A stretch of 64,000 nucleotides of DNA from positions 102,641 to 166,640 of the forward strand of contig CAYOSQ010000003.1 in the NCBI GenBank assembly GCA_964406665.1. The letters are read 5' to 3'. Made by a program: the position numbers and the translations under genes. Positions 10,025 through 20,972 of this stretch are shown piece after piece (position 1 is the first letter of the stretch; each line of letters begins with the position of its first letter). The notes beneath the pieces were generated by a model. It had not been told where the DNA came from and searched no databases. It was given only the letters and a program-made list of their open reading frames with translations. This stretch comes from an uncultured Planctomycetia bacterium (GTDB lineage Bacteria; Omnitrophota; Gorgyraeia; VGKH01; JBHPFN01).

Positions 10025-11968
10025 ATGATTACAATAAATAATCTCTCTAAAAACTTCGATCAGCGACTACTTCTTAAGGGAGTATCTTTAAGCATATACC
10101 CAAACGAAAAAATAGGATTGACCGGTCCTAATGGTGTAGGAAAAAGCACTCTCTTTTCCATCATTCTTGGTGAAACTGAGCCTTCTGCCGGTACTGTTCA
10201 GATTCAAAAGAATATTAGAATTGCCCATCTGGCCCAAGAAGCGCATTTTGATTCTGGCAAAACAGTGATTGATGAATTAACTTGCGGAGATAAGGCTATG
10301 CAAAAGTTGCTTCAGGAGAAGCAAAAATTGGAAGATGAGCACCATGCTGATAGCATGAGATATGGGGATATCTTACATGAATTAGAGACAATGGGAATTT
10401 ATGAGCTTGAGGCAAAGGCAAAAAAAATACTTATTGGTTTGGGCTTTAATATTGAAGATTGCAACAGACCAGTTAGTACCCTAAGCGGAGGTTGGCAAAT
10501 GAGGGTACTGTTGGCCAAACTTCTAACATATCACTACGATATTCTTTTACTTGATGAGCCTACAAACTATTTAGATTTATCCGCAACACTTTGGCTTAAA
10601 GATTTTTTATCGAAATATCGAGGTACGTTTATAATTATTTCTCACGATAAGATTTTTCTTAATGATGTGACAAATTATACAATAGTGCTTGAAGATGGAT
10701 TCATTGTAAAAACAAAAGGTAACTATGCCCAATATGAGCAAACTAAAGAAATGAGGATTAAATCCTTAGAAAAAAAGAAAAAAGAAGTTGAAAAGAAGCG
10801 GCTACAATTAGAAAAATTCACTCAGCGTTTTCATGCTCAGCCAAACAGAGCAGCCGCAGTAAGAAATAAACGTAAAATGATTGAACGTCTTGAATTGATT
10901 GACTTACCGGCGGAGAAAAAAAGTATTAAGGATTTTGAGTTTCCTGAAACAAGGAGAAGTGGACATACAGTTATTTCTCTAGAGAATATAAGTAAATTTT
11001 ATGAAGATAGAAAAGTTTATAAAGATTTATCTTTAGATATTAACCGCAAGCAAAAGATTTGTTTGGTGGGGCCCAACGGCGCAGGTAAATCTACCCTACT
11101 TAAGATTCTTGCGGGAGTTATTGAAAGTGATTCTGGTAAAAGAAAACTTGGACATCAGGTGGATGTCGGGTATTTTTCACAGACTCGGTTAGATGTACTT
11201 AATCCTGAGAGAGAAGTGTTTGATGAAGTTGCTTCAGTCGCAACAGGTAGGGTAGCAGCACTGCAGGTAAGAAGCCTGCTTGGTTTGTTCAATTTCCACG
11301 GAGACGATGTTTTCAAACAGGTAAAAATATTATCTGGAGGAGAGAAAAGTAGAGTTATTTTAGCTAAATTATTAATTAATCCCCCTAATTTTATTTTATT
11401 AGATGAGCCTACAACCCATTTAGATATTGATGGTGTTGAGGCATTAACCAAAGCATTTAAGGCATATGAAGGAACTCTATGTTTTATTAGCCACGATTTA
11501 TTTTTTATAAAAGAAGTAGCCTCAGGAATTATTGAGATCAATAACGGCTCTCTTAGTAATTACCCGGGAGGATTAGACTATTATTTAGGTAAGACTAAAG
11601 AGGGTGGCGTTATTTCTGCTGCTAGCGAAAGAAATTCTTTTAAAGAGAAAAAGCATAAAGCAAACAAAAAAGATAAGAAAAATGAATCTAATCCTGTGGT
11701 TGAACAGGTGCATAAGCGTTTAAAACAGGCGAAAGAAAGAGTTAAGGAAATCAAAAATAAAATCAAGTTTCTCGATAATGAAAAACAGGAGCTTGAATCT
11801 GAAAATTATGTGAAAGCAAGAGTTCTTTCTGATAAATTTAAGGTTAGAGATGAACAATTGATGAAAGAATACGGACAGCGCCTGAAATTTATCCAGAAAC
11901 GCATGAGAGAAATTGATATAGAAATTAAGAAATTGATTGATGAGCGCAACAGAATAAACAAAGTTTAA
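10025..11968 (+). CDS. ABC-F family ATPase (Uup/EttA-like) with C-terminal coiled-coil extension
   Basis: Two ABC cassettes (GPNGVGKST / GPNGAGKST Walker A, LSGG signatures), no TM domain, and a C-terminal charged coiled coil. Confidence 0.85.
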   Translation: MITINNLSKNFDQRLLLKGVSLSIYPNEKIGLTGPNGVGKSTLFSIILGETEPSAGTVQIQKNIRIAHLAQEAHFDSGKTVIDELTCGDKAMQKLLQEKQKLEDEHHADSMRYGDILHELETMGIYELEAKAKKILIGLGFNIEDCNRPVSTLSGGWQMRVLLAKLLTYHYDILLLDEPTNYLDLSATLWLKDFLSKYRGTFIIISHDKIFLNDVTNYTIVLEDGFIVKTKGNYAQYEQTKEMRIKSLEKKKKEVEKKRLQLEKFTQRFHAQPNRAAAVRNKRKMIERLELIDLPAEKKSIKDFEFPETRRSGHTVISLENISKFYEDRKVYKDLSLDINRKQKICLVGPNGAGKSTLLKILAGVIESDSGKRKLGHQVDVGYFSQTRLDVLNPEREVFDEVASVATGRVAALQVRSLLGLFNFHGDDVFKQVKILSGGEKSRVILAKLLINPPNFILLDEPTTHLDIDGVEALTKAFKAYEGTLCFISHDLFFIKEVASGIIEINNGSLSNYPGGLDYYLGKTKEGGVISAASERNSFKEKKHKANKKDKKNESNPVVEQVHKRLKQAKERVKEIKNKIKFLDNEKQELESENYVKARVLSDKFKVRDEQLMKEYGQRLKFIQKRMREIDIEIKKLIDERNRINKV

Positions 11969-11969
11969 A

Positions 11970-12224
11970 ATGAAGCTTAAGCTAGACCTGCATAATATCT
12001 ATTCTAACGGAGAAAAGCTAAATCAAGCCTTAGCTGGTATTATGGAAGAAGCCCAAAGGAAAAAAGCCAAGCTTGTTGAGATTATTCCGGGTAAAGGAAG
12101 CGGACAACTGAAAAAATCAGTTCTTAGATTTCTAGAAAAAGGCTATAAAAACACATTCATTAGAATCGAGAAGGATGATAAAAATTGGGGCAGGATATTT
12201 GTTCATTTCAGATGGAAGAAATAA
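11970..12224 (+). CDS. Smr-domain protein
   Basis: LDLHNIYSNGEKL ... IIPGKGSG resembles the Smr (small MutS-related) domain. Confidence 0.5.
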   Translation: MKLKLDLHNIYSNGEKLNQALAGIMEEAQRKKAKLVEIIPGKGSGQLKKSVLRFLEKGYKNTFIRIEKDDKNWGRIFVHFRWKK

Positions 12225-12910
12225 AAAGAGCACTTAAAAAAGTAAGCAGTAAAAAGAAAGCAAAAATATTACAACGCTTTTTTAAAACCGGTGCAGGTGA
12301 ATACGGCGAGGGAGATATCTTTTTAGGTGTTGTTGTTCCTGATATCAGAAAATTATCCAGGAAGTTTCAAGCTTCAGATATTAGGCACATTATCAAGCTT
12401 CTTAAATCTGCGATTCATGAAGAAAGACTGCTGGCACTTCTAATTCTGGTTTTAAAATATGAAAAAGGCAAAGAGAATGAGAAGAAAGGAATCTATCAAA
12501 TATATTTAAGTAATACGAAATACATCAATAATTGGGATCTGGTTGATCTAACTGCTCATCATATTGTGGGAAACTTTCTTATGGATAGAAGTAGGAAGCC
12601 ATTATATCTTTTGGCAAAATCAAAAATACTCTGGGAGAGAAGAATAGCCGTAATTTCTACTTTTCATTTTATTAGGAATCTACAGTTTGAAGATACTTTC
12701 AATATATCTAAGATATTATTGTTGGATGATCATGATTTGATACACAAAGCTGTTGGTTGGATGTTGCGTGAAGTAGGTAAGAGAAATATGGTTGCTGAAG
12801 AGAAATTCTTAAAAAGACATTATAAAGCTATGCCCAGGACAATGCTTCGCTATGCAATAGAGAGATTTCCAGAAAATCGTAGAAAAGCATATTTGAAAGG
12901 AACAATCTAG
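12212..12910 (+). CDS. DNA alkylation repair protein (AlkC/AlkD-like HEAT-repeat glycosylase family)
   Basis: N-terminal KKAKILQRFFKTGAGEYGEGDIFLGVVVPDIRKL is typical of the family. The start is probably Met10 of the listed ORF (12212); a 12185 start would overlap the previous gene. Confidence 0.55.
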   Translation: MEEIKRALKKVSSKKKAKILQRFFKTGAGEYGEGDIFLGVVVPDIRKLSRKFQASDIRHIIKLLKSAIHEERLLALLILVLKYEKGKENEKKGIYQIYLSNTKYINNWDLVDLTAHHIVGNFLMDRSRKPLYLLAKSKILWERRIAVISTFHFIRNLQFEDTFNISKILLLDDHDLIHKAVGWMLREVGKRNMVAEEKFLKRHYKAMPRTMLRYAIERFPENRRKAYLKGTI

Positions 12911-13009
12911 ATCGTTTGGATATATTGATCTTGGATAATAAATCTTGCTTAAGAGATAAGTTATAGATACAATAATATTTAATTAGGTATTTTGGAAAGG
13001 AGATTTACT

Positions 13010-13234
13010 ATGCCAGATCAAAACTTTGAAGAGATTTCTGATGAAAAAATAGAACTTCTTTTGCGTCAAGAGAAAGAATACTACCAGAATGATTTTAAAG
13101 AAGCCATGGAAACAATTCTTGCTCAGCATAAAATTGATAAAGAAAGAGTTGAGAATTTAGCCAAGAAATTTTACACAGAAGAAGAAATTGAAGCTTCTAT
13201 GAAAAAGAAAGATATTGACTACGACGACGATTAA
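13010..13234 (+). CDS. small acidic hypothetical protein
   Basis: ORF with AAGGAG 7 nt upstream of the ATG at 13010; a TTGCTT-N17-TACAAT promoter lies upstream; no domain recognised. Confidence 0.35.
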   Translation: MPDQNFEEISDEKIELLLRQEKEYYQNDFKEAMETILAQHKIDKERVENLAKKFYTEEEIEASMKKKDIDYDDD

Positions 13235-13281
13235 GCTTGAAGTGTTCTGGTTGAATTTAGATATTAATATTAAAGGGTAAA

Positions 13282-14241
13282 ATGACCAAAAGAGTTGCTG
13301 ATTATATGACTTCAGACATTGAAAGTATTGATGGTGAACGCACAATACTGGAAGCAGTAATGTTGATGAGAAAGACACACGTTAGCTCGCTTCTTATAAA
13401 AGAAGCCGATAAGACCGTAGGTATCTTTACCGAGCGGGATTTGCTTACGAGGGTAGACGTTAACTCATCTTCCGGGTTTGATTCTATCAAGGTCAAAGAT
13501 GTAATGACTAAGGATTTGAAAACTGTAGATTGTTCTGAGGCCTATGTTGATGTGATTGAATTAATGCAGCATCATAGAATTCGACACACGCCTGTCTTGG
13601 AAAATGGAGAGATAGTTGGAATTGTCTCTTTAAGAGATTTGGTGGATCATTACTATGAAAATCTCGAGCATTTACTTGAAGAAATTATTGCTGCGTTATC
13701 TTCTGCCGTTGAAAAAAGAGACCCTTATACCGCAGGTCACCAAGAACGTGTCCGTCAGTTGGTTTTTGCAATCGCCAATGAAATGCAACTTCCCGAGAAA
13801 CAAAAAAGCGGGATCAACATGGCAGCGGTTATTCACGATATCGGTAAGATGTATGTTCCTTCAGAGATACTTGCTAAACCCGGAGCACTTTCTGAGGCCG
13901 AATTGACTTTAATAAGGATTCATCCTCAAGTTGGGTATGATATCTTAAAGGGTGTTGAATTTCCCTGGCCTATAGCAGAAATAGTATTACAGCATCATGA
14001 GAGGCTTGATGGTACTGGTTATCCCAAAGGTATGCATGGGGATGAAATTTTACTTGAGGCAAAAATTATTGGCGTCGCAGATGTTGTCGAAGCGATGGCT
14101 TCTCATCGTCCTTATAGGCCGGCACTTGGAATAGATAAGGCTTTGGATGAAATCAGCAAAAATAAAGGTACGGCGTACGAGTCTAGAGTTGTTGATATTT
14201 GCTGTAAGCTATTTAAAGAAAAAGGATTTCAGTTTAAATAA
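13282..14241 (+). CDS. CBS-pair + HD-GYP domain protein (putative c-di-GMP phosphodiesterase)
   Basis: Tandem N-terminal CBS domains, then the HD motif (VIHDIGK) and HHERLDGTGYP (GYP motif). Confidence 0.7.
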   Translation: MTKRVADYMTSDIESIDGERTILEAVMLMRKTHVSSLLIKEADKTVGIFTERDLLTRVDVNSSSGFDSIKVKDVMTKDLKTVDCSEAYVDVIELMQHHRIRHTPVLENGEIVGIVSLRDLVDHYYENLEHLLEEIIAALSSAVEKRDPYTAGHQERVRQLVFAIANEMQLPEKQKSGINMAAVIHDIGKMYVPSEILAKPGALSEAELTLIRIHPQVGYDILKGVEFPWPIAEIVLQHHERLDGTGYPKGMHGDEILLEAKIIGVADVVEAMASHRPYRPALGIDKALDEISKNKGTAYESRVVDICCKLFKEKGFQFK

Positions 14242-14267
14242 TATATGTAGATAGACTATGATAGCTT

Positions 14268-14295
14268 CTCCGTAAGAAATTTACGGAGTTTTTTT
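14268..14295 (+). terminator. Rho-independent terminator
   Basis: CTCCGTAA-GAAAT-TTACGGAG hairpin followed by TTTTTTT. Confidence 0.7.
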
Positions 14296-14306
14296 GTTTA
14301 GGATAT

Positions 14307-15011
14307 ATGAAAATTAAAAGACAATCAGAAATTAATCTATTATCTTATTCTAAATCAGCATTGATTATTATATCTATAAATATCATTGCTTTTTTCTATT
14401 TGCATTATTCTAATATAGATAAAAATACTATTTCACAACTTGTGTTAACTCCGGCAAACATATTAAATAGAAACTACCTTTGCATTTTTGTCTCTGGATT
14501 TTTGCATAAAGATATGATGCATCTTGGGCTAAACATGTTGGGGGTTTTTATATTTTCACGAATTGTTGAGAAACATTTTGGTGTCTTCAGGACAATTTTT
14601 CTCTATATGGGAGCATTGTTTATATCTATGTCGTTGACGGTAGTAACGCATATTTTTTTCCGCCAGAATATAGGAATAATAGGTGCGTCCGGTGCAGTTA
14701 TGGGATTAGTTGCAAGTGCAATGCTAGTAGAACCATTTTGTCTTACTTTTGAAATGATTGTGCCAATTCCTGTTATGATTAAGGGGTGGTTATTCTTGTT
14801 CGCTGATTTAAAAGGTTTCTTAGGTGGTAAGCAGGATGGGATAAGTCATTTAGCTCACCTATTTGGTTTCTTCTCTATAGCAATTTTGGCATATTTTTTG
14901 AATAAAAAAGAAAAAGCAGTAATGCATACTGGATTAATCATTAATATTTTATCTTTTTTTGCTTTTCTAGGATTAAAATACTGGATGTCAAACGGAGACA
15001 TTTTTAAATAA
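14307..15011 (+). CDS. rhomboid-family intramembrane serine protease
   Basis: Six TM helices, GASGAVMGL catalytic Ser motif and AHLFGF catalytic His. Confidence 0.7.
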   Translation: MKIKRQSEINLLSYSKSALIIISINIIAFFYLHYSNIDKNTISQLVLTPANILNRNYLCIFVSGFLHKDMMHLGLNMLGVFIFSRIVEKHFGVFRTIFLYMGALFISMSLTVVTHIFFRQNIGIIGASGAVMGLVASAMLVEPFCLTFEMIVPIPVMIKGWLFLFADLKGFLGGKQDGISHLAHLFGFFSIAILAYFLNKKEKAVMHTGLIINILSFFAFLGLKYWMSNGDIFK

Positions 15012-15081
15012 TTGCAAGTATTTAAAACTATCATTTTCTGAGTTGTTTTTATGATATAATTACTAGAAAGCAAGGAGAATC

Positions 15082-15849
15082 ATGGATCTAATTTATTCAG
15101 TTATATTTGGTATTGTAGAGGGTTTTACAGAGTTCTTACCGGTATCTTCAACCGGACATCTTATTTTAACCGCAAAAATTCTGAATTTACAGCAGACAAA
15201 TTTCCTGAAGAGTTTTGAGATTGCAATACAACTTGGTGCTATTGCTGCCGTAGTTGTGCTTTATGGAAGGCGTTTTTTAAAAGATGCCGAGGTGATTAAG
15301 CGAATTATCACTGCTTTTATCCCTACGGCAGTAATCGGACTTTCTGCTTATGGATTTATAAAAAACTCTTTATTAGGCAATGATAATGTTGTTATCTGGT
15401 CGTTGATGATTGGCGGAATTATTTTGATAATTTTTGAAGTTCTTTTTGGGGAAAAGGATGATTCACTTGATGAGATTAAGAAGATTTCTTATAAACAGTC
15501 GTTTTTTATTGGCGTATTTCAATCTTTAGCTATTATTCCGGGAGTATCCCGCGCTGCTGCTACAATTGTCGGAGGTTTACTTTTAGGCTTAAGACGTAAG
15601 ACTATAGTAGAGTTTTCTTTTCTTCTGGCGGTGCCGACTATGTTAGCGGCAACATCATTGGATTTATATAAGAATATTCATAGTTTTAGTTTGGATCAGT
15701 TCACTTTCCTCGCTGTAGGATTTATTACGTCTTTTGTGGTTGCAGTTTTTGCAATCAAATTCTTACTTAAATATATAAAAAATCATAACTTTGTAATCTT
15801 TGGGATCTACCGTATTTTGATTGCTTTAACATTTCTTCTTTTTAGCTGA
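15082..15849 (+). CDS. uppP: undecaprenyl-diphosphate phosphatase
   Basis: VSSTGHL and PGVSRAAATIVGGLLLGL are BacA/UppP signature motifs. Confidence 0.85.
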   Translation: MDLIYSVIFGIVEGFTEFLPVSSTGHLILTAKILNLQQTNFLKSFEIAIQLGAIAAVVVLYGRRFLKDAEVIKRIITAFIPTAVIGLSAYGFIKNSLLGNDNVVIWSLMIGGIILIIFEVLFGEKDDSLDEIKKISYKQSFFIGVFQSLAIIPGVSRAAATIVGGLLLGLRRKTIVEFSFLLAVPTMLAATSLDLYKNIHSFSLDQFTFLAVGFITSFVVAVFAIKFLLKYIKNHNFVIFGIYRILIALTFLLFS

Positions 15850-15872
15850 AGTTATGTTTTTTAAACCAGTTT

Positions 15873-17609
15873 ATGCTCAATAAAAAATTAATTTATATCA
15901 TTCTTATAGGTCTTTGCGTATTAACTTATGCAAACTCATTGCATAATGATTTTATTTCAGATGATCTTACTGCAATTGTTGCTAATCCACGCATTTCTCA
16001 GCCAATCAAATATTGGGATACCCCACACGAACTGATTAATTGCCTAAGTTACAAAATAGCTGGATTGAATGTCATTCCTTACCATGTTTTCAGCGTTTTC
16101 TTTCATGTGGTAAGTACTATTCTCGTATTCTTTTTGATAAGATTATTTCTTGATGATTTATCCAGTTTAATGGGAGCATGTTTGTTTGCGGTTCATCCTA
16201 TTCATGTTGAGGCAGTTAGTTGGATTTCCGGAAGGTGGCATGTAATCAACGCTTTTTTTGTATTAATAACGTATTTTTTATATCAGAAATCTGTCAACAC
16301 TGGCATTGAGAAAAAACGTTTAAAAGTATTTCTTTACTTATCATCATTAGGCATTTTCTTTTACTATATCAATAAACATTATCCTTTTTATATATTTCTT
16401 CCGTTTCTATTAATTTTATCTGATTTAGTTTTTAAACAATGGCGCAGAAGCTGGAGAATGTGGATTCCTTTTATTTCCATCGCGTTTCTTAAATTGATTT
16501 TTGTTATGAGCGCAGTGCAAGGCAGAGTAGATATTATTGCTTTTGAAGCTGCAGGGGGAGGGCAGTGGAGAAATCCACTTCCTTATTTTGTATATTCATT
16601 CTTTTCGCATCTTTGGCTAATGCTTTATCCGGTGAAACTTAGATTTTATCAAGATGCTGTTTCTTTAACTTTCTTTAACTGGCAGATAATTATTGGCTCA
16701 ATCGCAATTTTGGTCTTATTTTTATTTTTACCTTTTATTTACAAAAGAGCCAAGAGTCTTTTTTTCGGCCTAGGAATATTTATACTATTTCTTGCACCAA
16801 CTTATAGTCCAATTCTTGTTACACATTTAGTTGCAGAAAGATATGCCTATTTACCATCAATATTTTTCAGCATTATTTTTTCTTTTTGTTTTGCGAGGCT
16901 TTATTTCAAATCAAAGAAAATAGGAAAAGTATTAGTTTTATTAATTTTCAGTTCTATTATAATGATTTATGCAGCTAGAACAATTTTGCGCAATGAAGAC
17001 TGGAAGAATAACCAGAGTTTTTGGAGAAGAGAGCTTAAGCTCTCTCCTAGAAGCCCTGATGCTCATAACAATATGGGTGTTATTCATATTAAAGAAGGTA
17101 ATCTTTCAGGGGCAATTAAAGAATTCAAAGAAGCAATCAGGTTAAATAAGAATTATTATAATGCATATAATAATCTCGGATTAATATATAAAGATTTAGG
17201 TCGTATTGATGAAGCTTTAATGTTCTTCAGTAAAGCTATTGAAGTTAATCCGCGTAGACCTTTAGCTTATTATAATATTGGTCGTGTGTATTTTAGATTT
17301 CGCAGGATACCTGATGCAATAAGTTCTTTTGAGAAGGCCATCGAAAACAATCCGAATTATCTAAAGGCATACGAAAGACTTGCAGATTTATACTCCTACT
17401 TAGGTCAAAAAGAAAATGTCGTCAGGACTTACGAAAGAATTATTGATATTGACCCCAATAATGCCGAAGTACATTACAATTTAGCAGTTGTGAATTTCAA
17501 GTTGAATAATTTTGATTTAGCACGTAAGCACTGCGATAGGGCGGTGGCATTGGGGTATAAAGTTGAATCTGAGTTTCTCGATACTCTTAAACCCTATAGT
17601 AAACCTTAA
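15873..17609 (+). CDS. TMTC-like membrane protein: N-terminal multi-TM (DUF1736/PMT_2-like) domain plus C-terminal TPR repeats
   Basis: About 10 TM helices at the N-terminus, then several canonical TPR units (AHNNMG.., AYNNLG.., AYYNIG.., AYERLA..). Confidence 0.65.
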   Translation: MLNKKLIYIILIGLCVLTYANSLHNDFISDDLTAIVANPRISQPIKYWDTPHELINCLSYKIAGLNVIPYHVFSVFFHVVSTILVFFLIRLFLDDLSSLMGACLFAVHPIHVEAVSWISGRWHVINAFFVLITYFLYQKSVNTGIEKKRLKVFLYLSSLGIFFYYINKHYPFYIFLPFLLILSDLVFKQWRRSWRMWIPFISIAFLKLIFVMSAVQGRVDIIAFEAAGGGQWRNPLPYFVYSFFSHLWLMLYPVKLRFYQDAVSLTFFNWQIIIGSIAILVLFLFLPFIYKRAKSLFFGLGIFILFLAPTYSPILVTHLVAERYAYLPSIFFSIIFSFCFARLYFKSKKIGKVLVLLIFSSIIMIYAARTILRNEDWKNNQSFWRRELKLSPRSPDAHNNMGVIHIKEGNLSGAIKEFKEAIRLNKNYYNAYNNLGLIYKDLGRIDEALMFFSKAIEVNPRRPLAYYNIGRVYFRFRRIPDAISSFEKAIENNPNYLKAYERLADLYSYLGQKENVVRTYERIIDIDPNNAEVHYNLAVVNFKLNNFDLARKHCDRAVALGYKVESEFLDTLKPYSKP

Positions 17610-17621
17610 GGAAATAAAATT

Positions 17622-18719
17622 ATGTGGAGAAAATTTCTTATAGTATTTATTATCTGTTTGATTGTAACAATAACCTGTAAAGATGTTTTGATTACGGCTT
17701 GTGTTTCTTTTTTACTAAGGCAAGAATTTGGTCGTTTGGCTAAAATAGGCAAAATTAGTATTTCTCATAAAAAGATAACGATTGACGACTTAAGTGTAAT
17801 TCAAGAAGATTTTATTGTTAAATTAAAAAGTGGATTGGTTGGTTTAAAATTCTCTGGTTTATCCATGCCTTACATTTCAGATATTAATTTAGAAGATTTA
17901 GTTATTGAAGCAAGAAAAACAAAAGATTCTCAAGATATGTTCCAACAGGCAGGCAGAAAAGATTTAGATGGTAGCTTTTTTACAATAAAAGCTACAGAAT
18001 CTTTTTCGATAAAAGCTTCTTTTTATTTTAAAGGAAAGATAGCTGGCGAAAACGATATTTTTGTTGATGATTTGCGCATTCCTTACTGCAGTGTAGCTTA
18101 TAATGATCTAGCTATAGAAGTTAATCTTGATAAAGTAGAGGATAGCACTTACGAGTTAAGCATTCCGCTGCTTAGAATAAAAGATAAAGCAATTCAAGAC
18201 ATATTATTATTGGCAGAATTAAAAGATGACATTATTATAATAAAGCAATCCGAAATTGGACTTCTAGGTTCATTGGCTGACGTTCAGGGAGTAATCGATT
18301 TTAGCAATTTAGATAAAGTCTGCTTAAAACTTATGCTGTCCGATATTAGTTTGAATAATATTGTAAGCTTACTTGATAAAGAAAACAGCGTTACATTTAA
18401 AGGTCCGTTTGGTGGTGACTTAGATATTTGCTTTAAAGACAACATGCTCTATACTGCTCAGGGAGCATTGCGCAATACTGAAGGAGGAATTATAAGAATA
18501 GAAAAAGAGACTTCTTTAGGTTTTTTGCAGACCTATTTTGATGAGGCATCATATAATAGCTTAATTGACAATTTGAAGAATTATGCGTACAATGAAGGAG
18601 AATTAACGCTCACGCAAGACGCCGATGCTGTGATAGTAAACTTGAAATTTGATTCTGAAAATCTTGGAAAAAGAAACATTACTATAAGCTTTCACAATAT
18701 CTTAGGAGGTGCTCAATGA
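17622..18719 (+). CDS. hypothetical membrane-anchored protein
   Basis: N-terminal TM helix; no domain recognised; translationally coupled to the next gene. Confidence 0.4.
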   Translation: MWRKFLIVFIICLIVTITCKDVLITACVSFLLRQEFGRLAKIGKISISHKKITIDDLSVIQEDFIVKLKSGLVGLKFSGLSMPYISDINLEDLVIEARKTKDSQDMFQQAGRKDLDGSFFTIKATESFSIKASFYFKGKIAGENDIFVDDLRIPYCSVAYNDLAIEVNLDKVEDSTYELSIPLLRIKDKAIQDILLLAELKDDIIIIKQSEIGLLGSLADVQGVIDFSNLDKVCLKLMLSDISLNNIVSLLDKENSVTFKGPFGGDLDICFKDNMLYTAQGALRNTEGGIIRIEKETSLGFLQTYFDEASYNSLIDNLKNYAYNEGELTLTQDADAVIVNLKFDSENLGKRNITISFHNILGGAQ

Positions 18720-19273
18720 AAAAAATATGTAGATTACTTTTGATTTTAGCTGTAATTGGCTGTGCTAAAGTAAGCGTTGAAACTACAAAGCCAATACAAG
18801 TAGACATAAACATGCGTGTTGATATTTACCAGCATGTTGAACAGGACGTTCAATCGATAAACGACCAGATTTACGGAAATTCTGCGATGGAGATGAATTC
18901 TATCTTTATTGCCGGATATGCATATGCTCAAGAGGTTTCCGAGGGAATTGATGCGGCTATACAGAGACGTAAAGTAAGAGCCAATCAGATATTAACTTAT
19001 TTTGAAAAGGATTATGTCGGTGAGAATAAAGATGCTTTGCTTAGCCTGCGTGATGGTATTCCAGAAGACATGCAAACAGAAGTAAAAAACGCGGTTCTGG
19101 CTGAGAATAAAGATAGGTCTATTATCTATTTTGAAACTACAAAGAAAAACAATGCTGATATTGCAGGAGTTAGAAAGATATTTTTTGACGGAGATTATAA
19201 GAGGGCCGCTAAAGGGTATTGGTTTGAGGTTTATGATCAAACATCTGGGAAACATACATGGAAGAAAAAATAG
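18716..19273 (+). CDS. YdbL-like (DUF1318-type) periplasmic lipoprotein
   Basis: Lipobox IGCAK. The C-terminal pattern N..R...Y.....A..G.K....G.Y.....G.W.KK resembles the E. coli YdbL family. Confidence 0.4.
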   Translation: MKKICRLLLILAVIGCAKVSVETTKPIQVDINMRVDIYQHVEQDVQSINDQIYGNSAMEMNSIFIAGYAYAQEVSEGIDAAIQRRKVRANQILTYFEKDYVGENKDALLSLRDGIPEDMQTEVKNAVLAENKDRSIIYFETTKKNNADIAGVRKIFFDGDYKRAAKGYWFEVYDQTSGKHTWKKK

Positions 19274-19307
19274 TTTTCAATTTTTTCTTCGATAATCGGA
19301 GGTTGGA

Positions 19308-20960
19308 GTGCTAGAAAAAGTTAATCCTGCGCAAACGTATTCTTGGAAGAAACTAAAAGACCAGTTTGAAATCTTGAAAGATAAGCATATGAAAGATATG
19401 TTTGTCGAAGATCCTCAAAGATTTAAGAAGTTTTCTCTGCGATTTGAAGACATTATTCTTGATTACTCCAAAAATATTATTGATGAACAGACAATAAATA
19501 TTCTTTTAGCACTCGCTGATGAAGTAAAGCTACCTGATTCAATCCGCAAGATGTTTACAGGTGAAAGGATTAACGAGACTGAAAATAGGGCAGTGCTTCA
19601 CGTGGCACTCAGGAATTTAAGCGGCAATCCAATTTTATTAGATAAAAATGATGTTATGCCTGAAGTGGATAGCGTTTTAAGTCAAATGAGAGAATTCTCA
19701 GAAGGAATTATATCCGGAAAATGGAGAGGTTATAGTAACAAGGCGATAGCAGACATTGTTAACATCGGAATCGGTGGCTCTGATTTAGGACCGGTTATGG
19801 CAACGGAAGCACTTAAACCTTATAAAAAACCCAACATTAATGTTCACTTTGTCTCTAATGTTGATGCAACTGATATAAGCGAGGTATTGAAAAAAGTCAA
19901 ACCAGCAACAACACTTTTCTTGATAGCTTCTAAGACGTTCACTACCCAAGAAACTATGACTAACGCTTTAACTGCCAGAGAGTGGTTTCTTAATGCTGTA
20001 AAAGATAAAAAGAATATCAAGAAGCACTTTGTTGCAATTTCTACTAATGAAGAAAAAGTAAAAGAGTTTGGTATTGATCCTAAGAATATGTTTCGTTTCT
20101 GGGATTGGGTGGGAGGCAGATACTCACTGTGGTCTGCCATCGGACTTTCTATCTGTTGTTCTATTGGATATGATAATTTTTTCCAAATGCTCGAAGGCGC
20201 CTATGCTATGGATAGGCATTTTAGAAACGCGCCTCCAGAAAAGAACATGCCGTTGATACTTGCTTTATTGAGCATTTGGTATAACAACTTTTTTTCTGCC
20301 GAGACAGAAGCAATCTTACCTTATGATCAATACATGCATAGATTCCCTGCATATTTTCAACAGGCAGATATGGAGAGTAACGGAAAATCTATTGATAGAG
20401 ATGGAAAAGAAGTTGATTATCAGACAGGTCCGATCATCTGGGGAGAGCCGGGAACCAACGGTCAGCATGCTTTTTATCAGCTTATTCATCAAGGTACTAA
20501 ATTGATCCCCTGTGATTTTCTCGCTCCGTCAATAAGTCATAATCCTATAGACGATCATCACAACATACTTCTTTCTAATTTTTTAGCCCAGACACAGGCT
20601 TTGATGCAGGGGAAAACCGATGATGAAGTTGCAAAAGAACTGGAAGATGCAGGGAAAACCAAAGCAGAGATAGAAAAACTTAAACCGTTTAAGGTTTTTA
20701 AAGGTAATAAACCGACCAACACAATATTATTTAAGAAATTAACACCTCGTACATTGGGTAGTCTTATTGCAATGTATGAACATAAAATATTTATTCAAGG
20801 TGTTGTTTGGAATATTTTTAGTTTTGATCAATGGGGCGTAGAACTGGGTAAACAACTGGCTAAGAAAATACTACCCCAACTGCATGAAAAAGGCAAAACT
20901 GCATCCAACGATTCTTCTACCGATGGTTTAATTAACGCCATTAGAGAGTTTCGTTCGTAA
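19308..20960 (+). CDS. pgi: glucose-6-phosphate isomerase
   Basis: Long PGI signature regions ([39 protein letters not shown]); GTG start after GGAGG. Confidence 0.9.
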   Translation: MLEKVNPAQTYSWKKLKDQFEILKDKHMKDMFVEDPQRFKKFSLRFEDIILDYSKNIIDEQTINILLALADEVKLPDSIRKMFTGERINETENRAVLHVALRNLSGNPILLDKNDVMPEVDSVLSQMREFSEGIISGKWRGYSNKAIADIVNIGIGGSDLGPVMATEALKPYKKPNINVHFVSNVDATDISEVLKKVKPATTLFLIASKTFTTQETMTNALTAREWFLNAVKDKKNIKKHFVAISTNEEKVKEFGIDPKNMFRFWDWVGGRYSLWSAIGLSICCSIGYDNFFQMLEGAYAMDRHFRNAPPEKNMPLILALLSIWYNNFFSAETEAILPYDQYMHRFPAYFQQADMESNGKSIDRDGKEVDYQTGPIIWGEPGTNGQHAFYQLIHQGTKLIPCDFLAPSISHNPIDDHHNILLSNFLAQTQALMQGKTDDEVAKELEDAGKTKAEIEKLKPFKVFKGNKPTNTILFKKLTPRTLGSLIAMYEHKIFIQGVVWNIFSFDQWGVELGKQLAKKILPQLHEKGKTASNDSSTDGLINAIREFRS

Positions 20961-20972
20961 CCATTTTAAAAT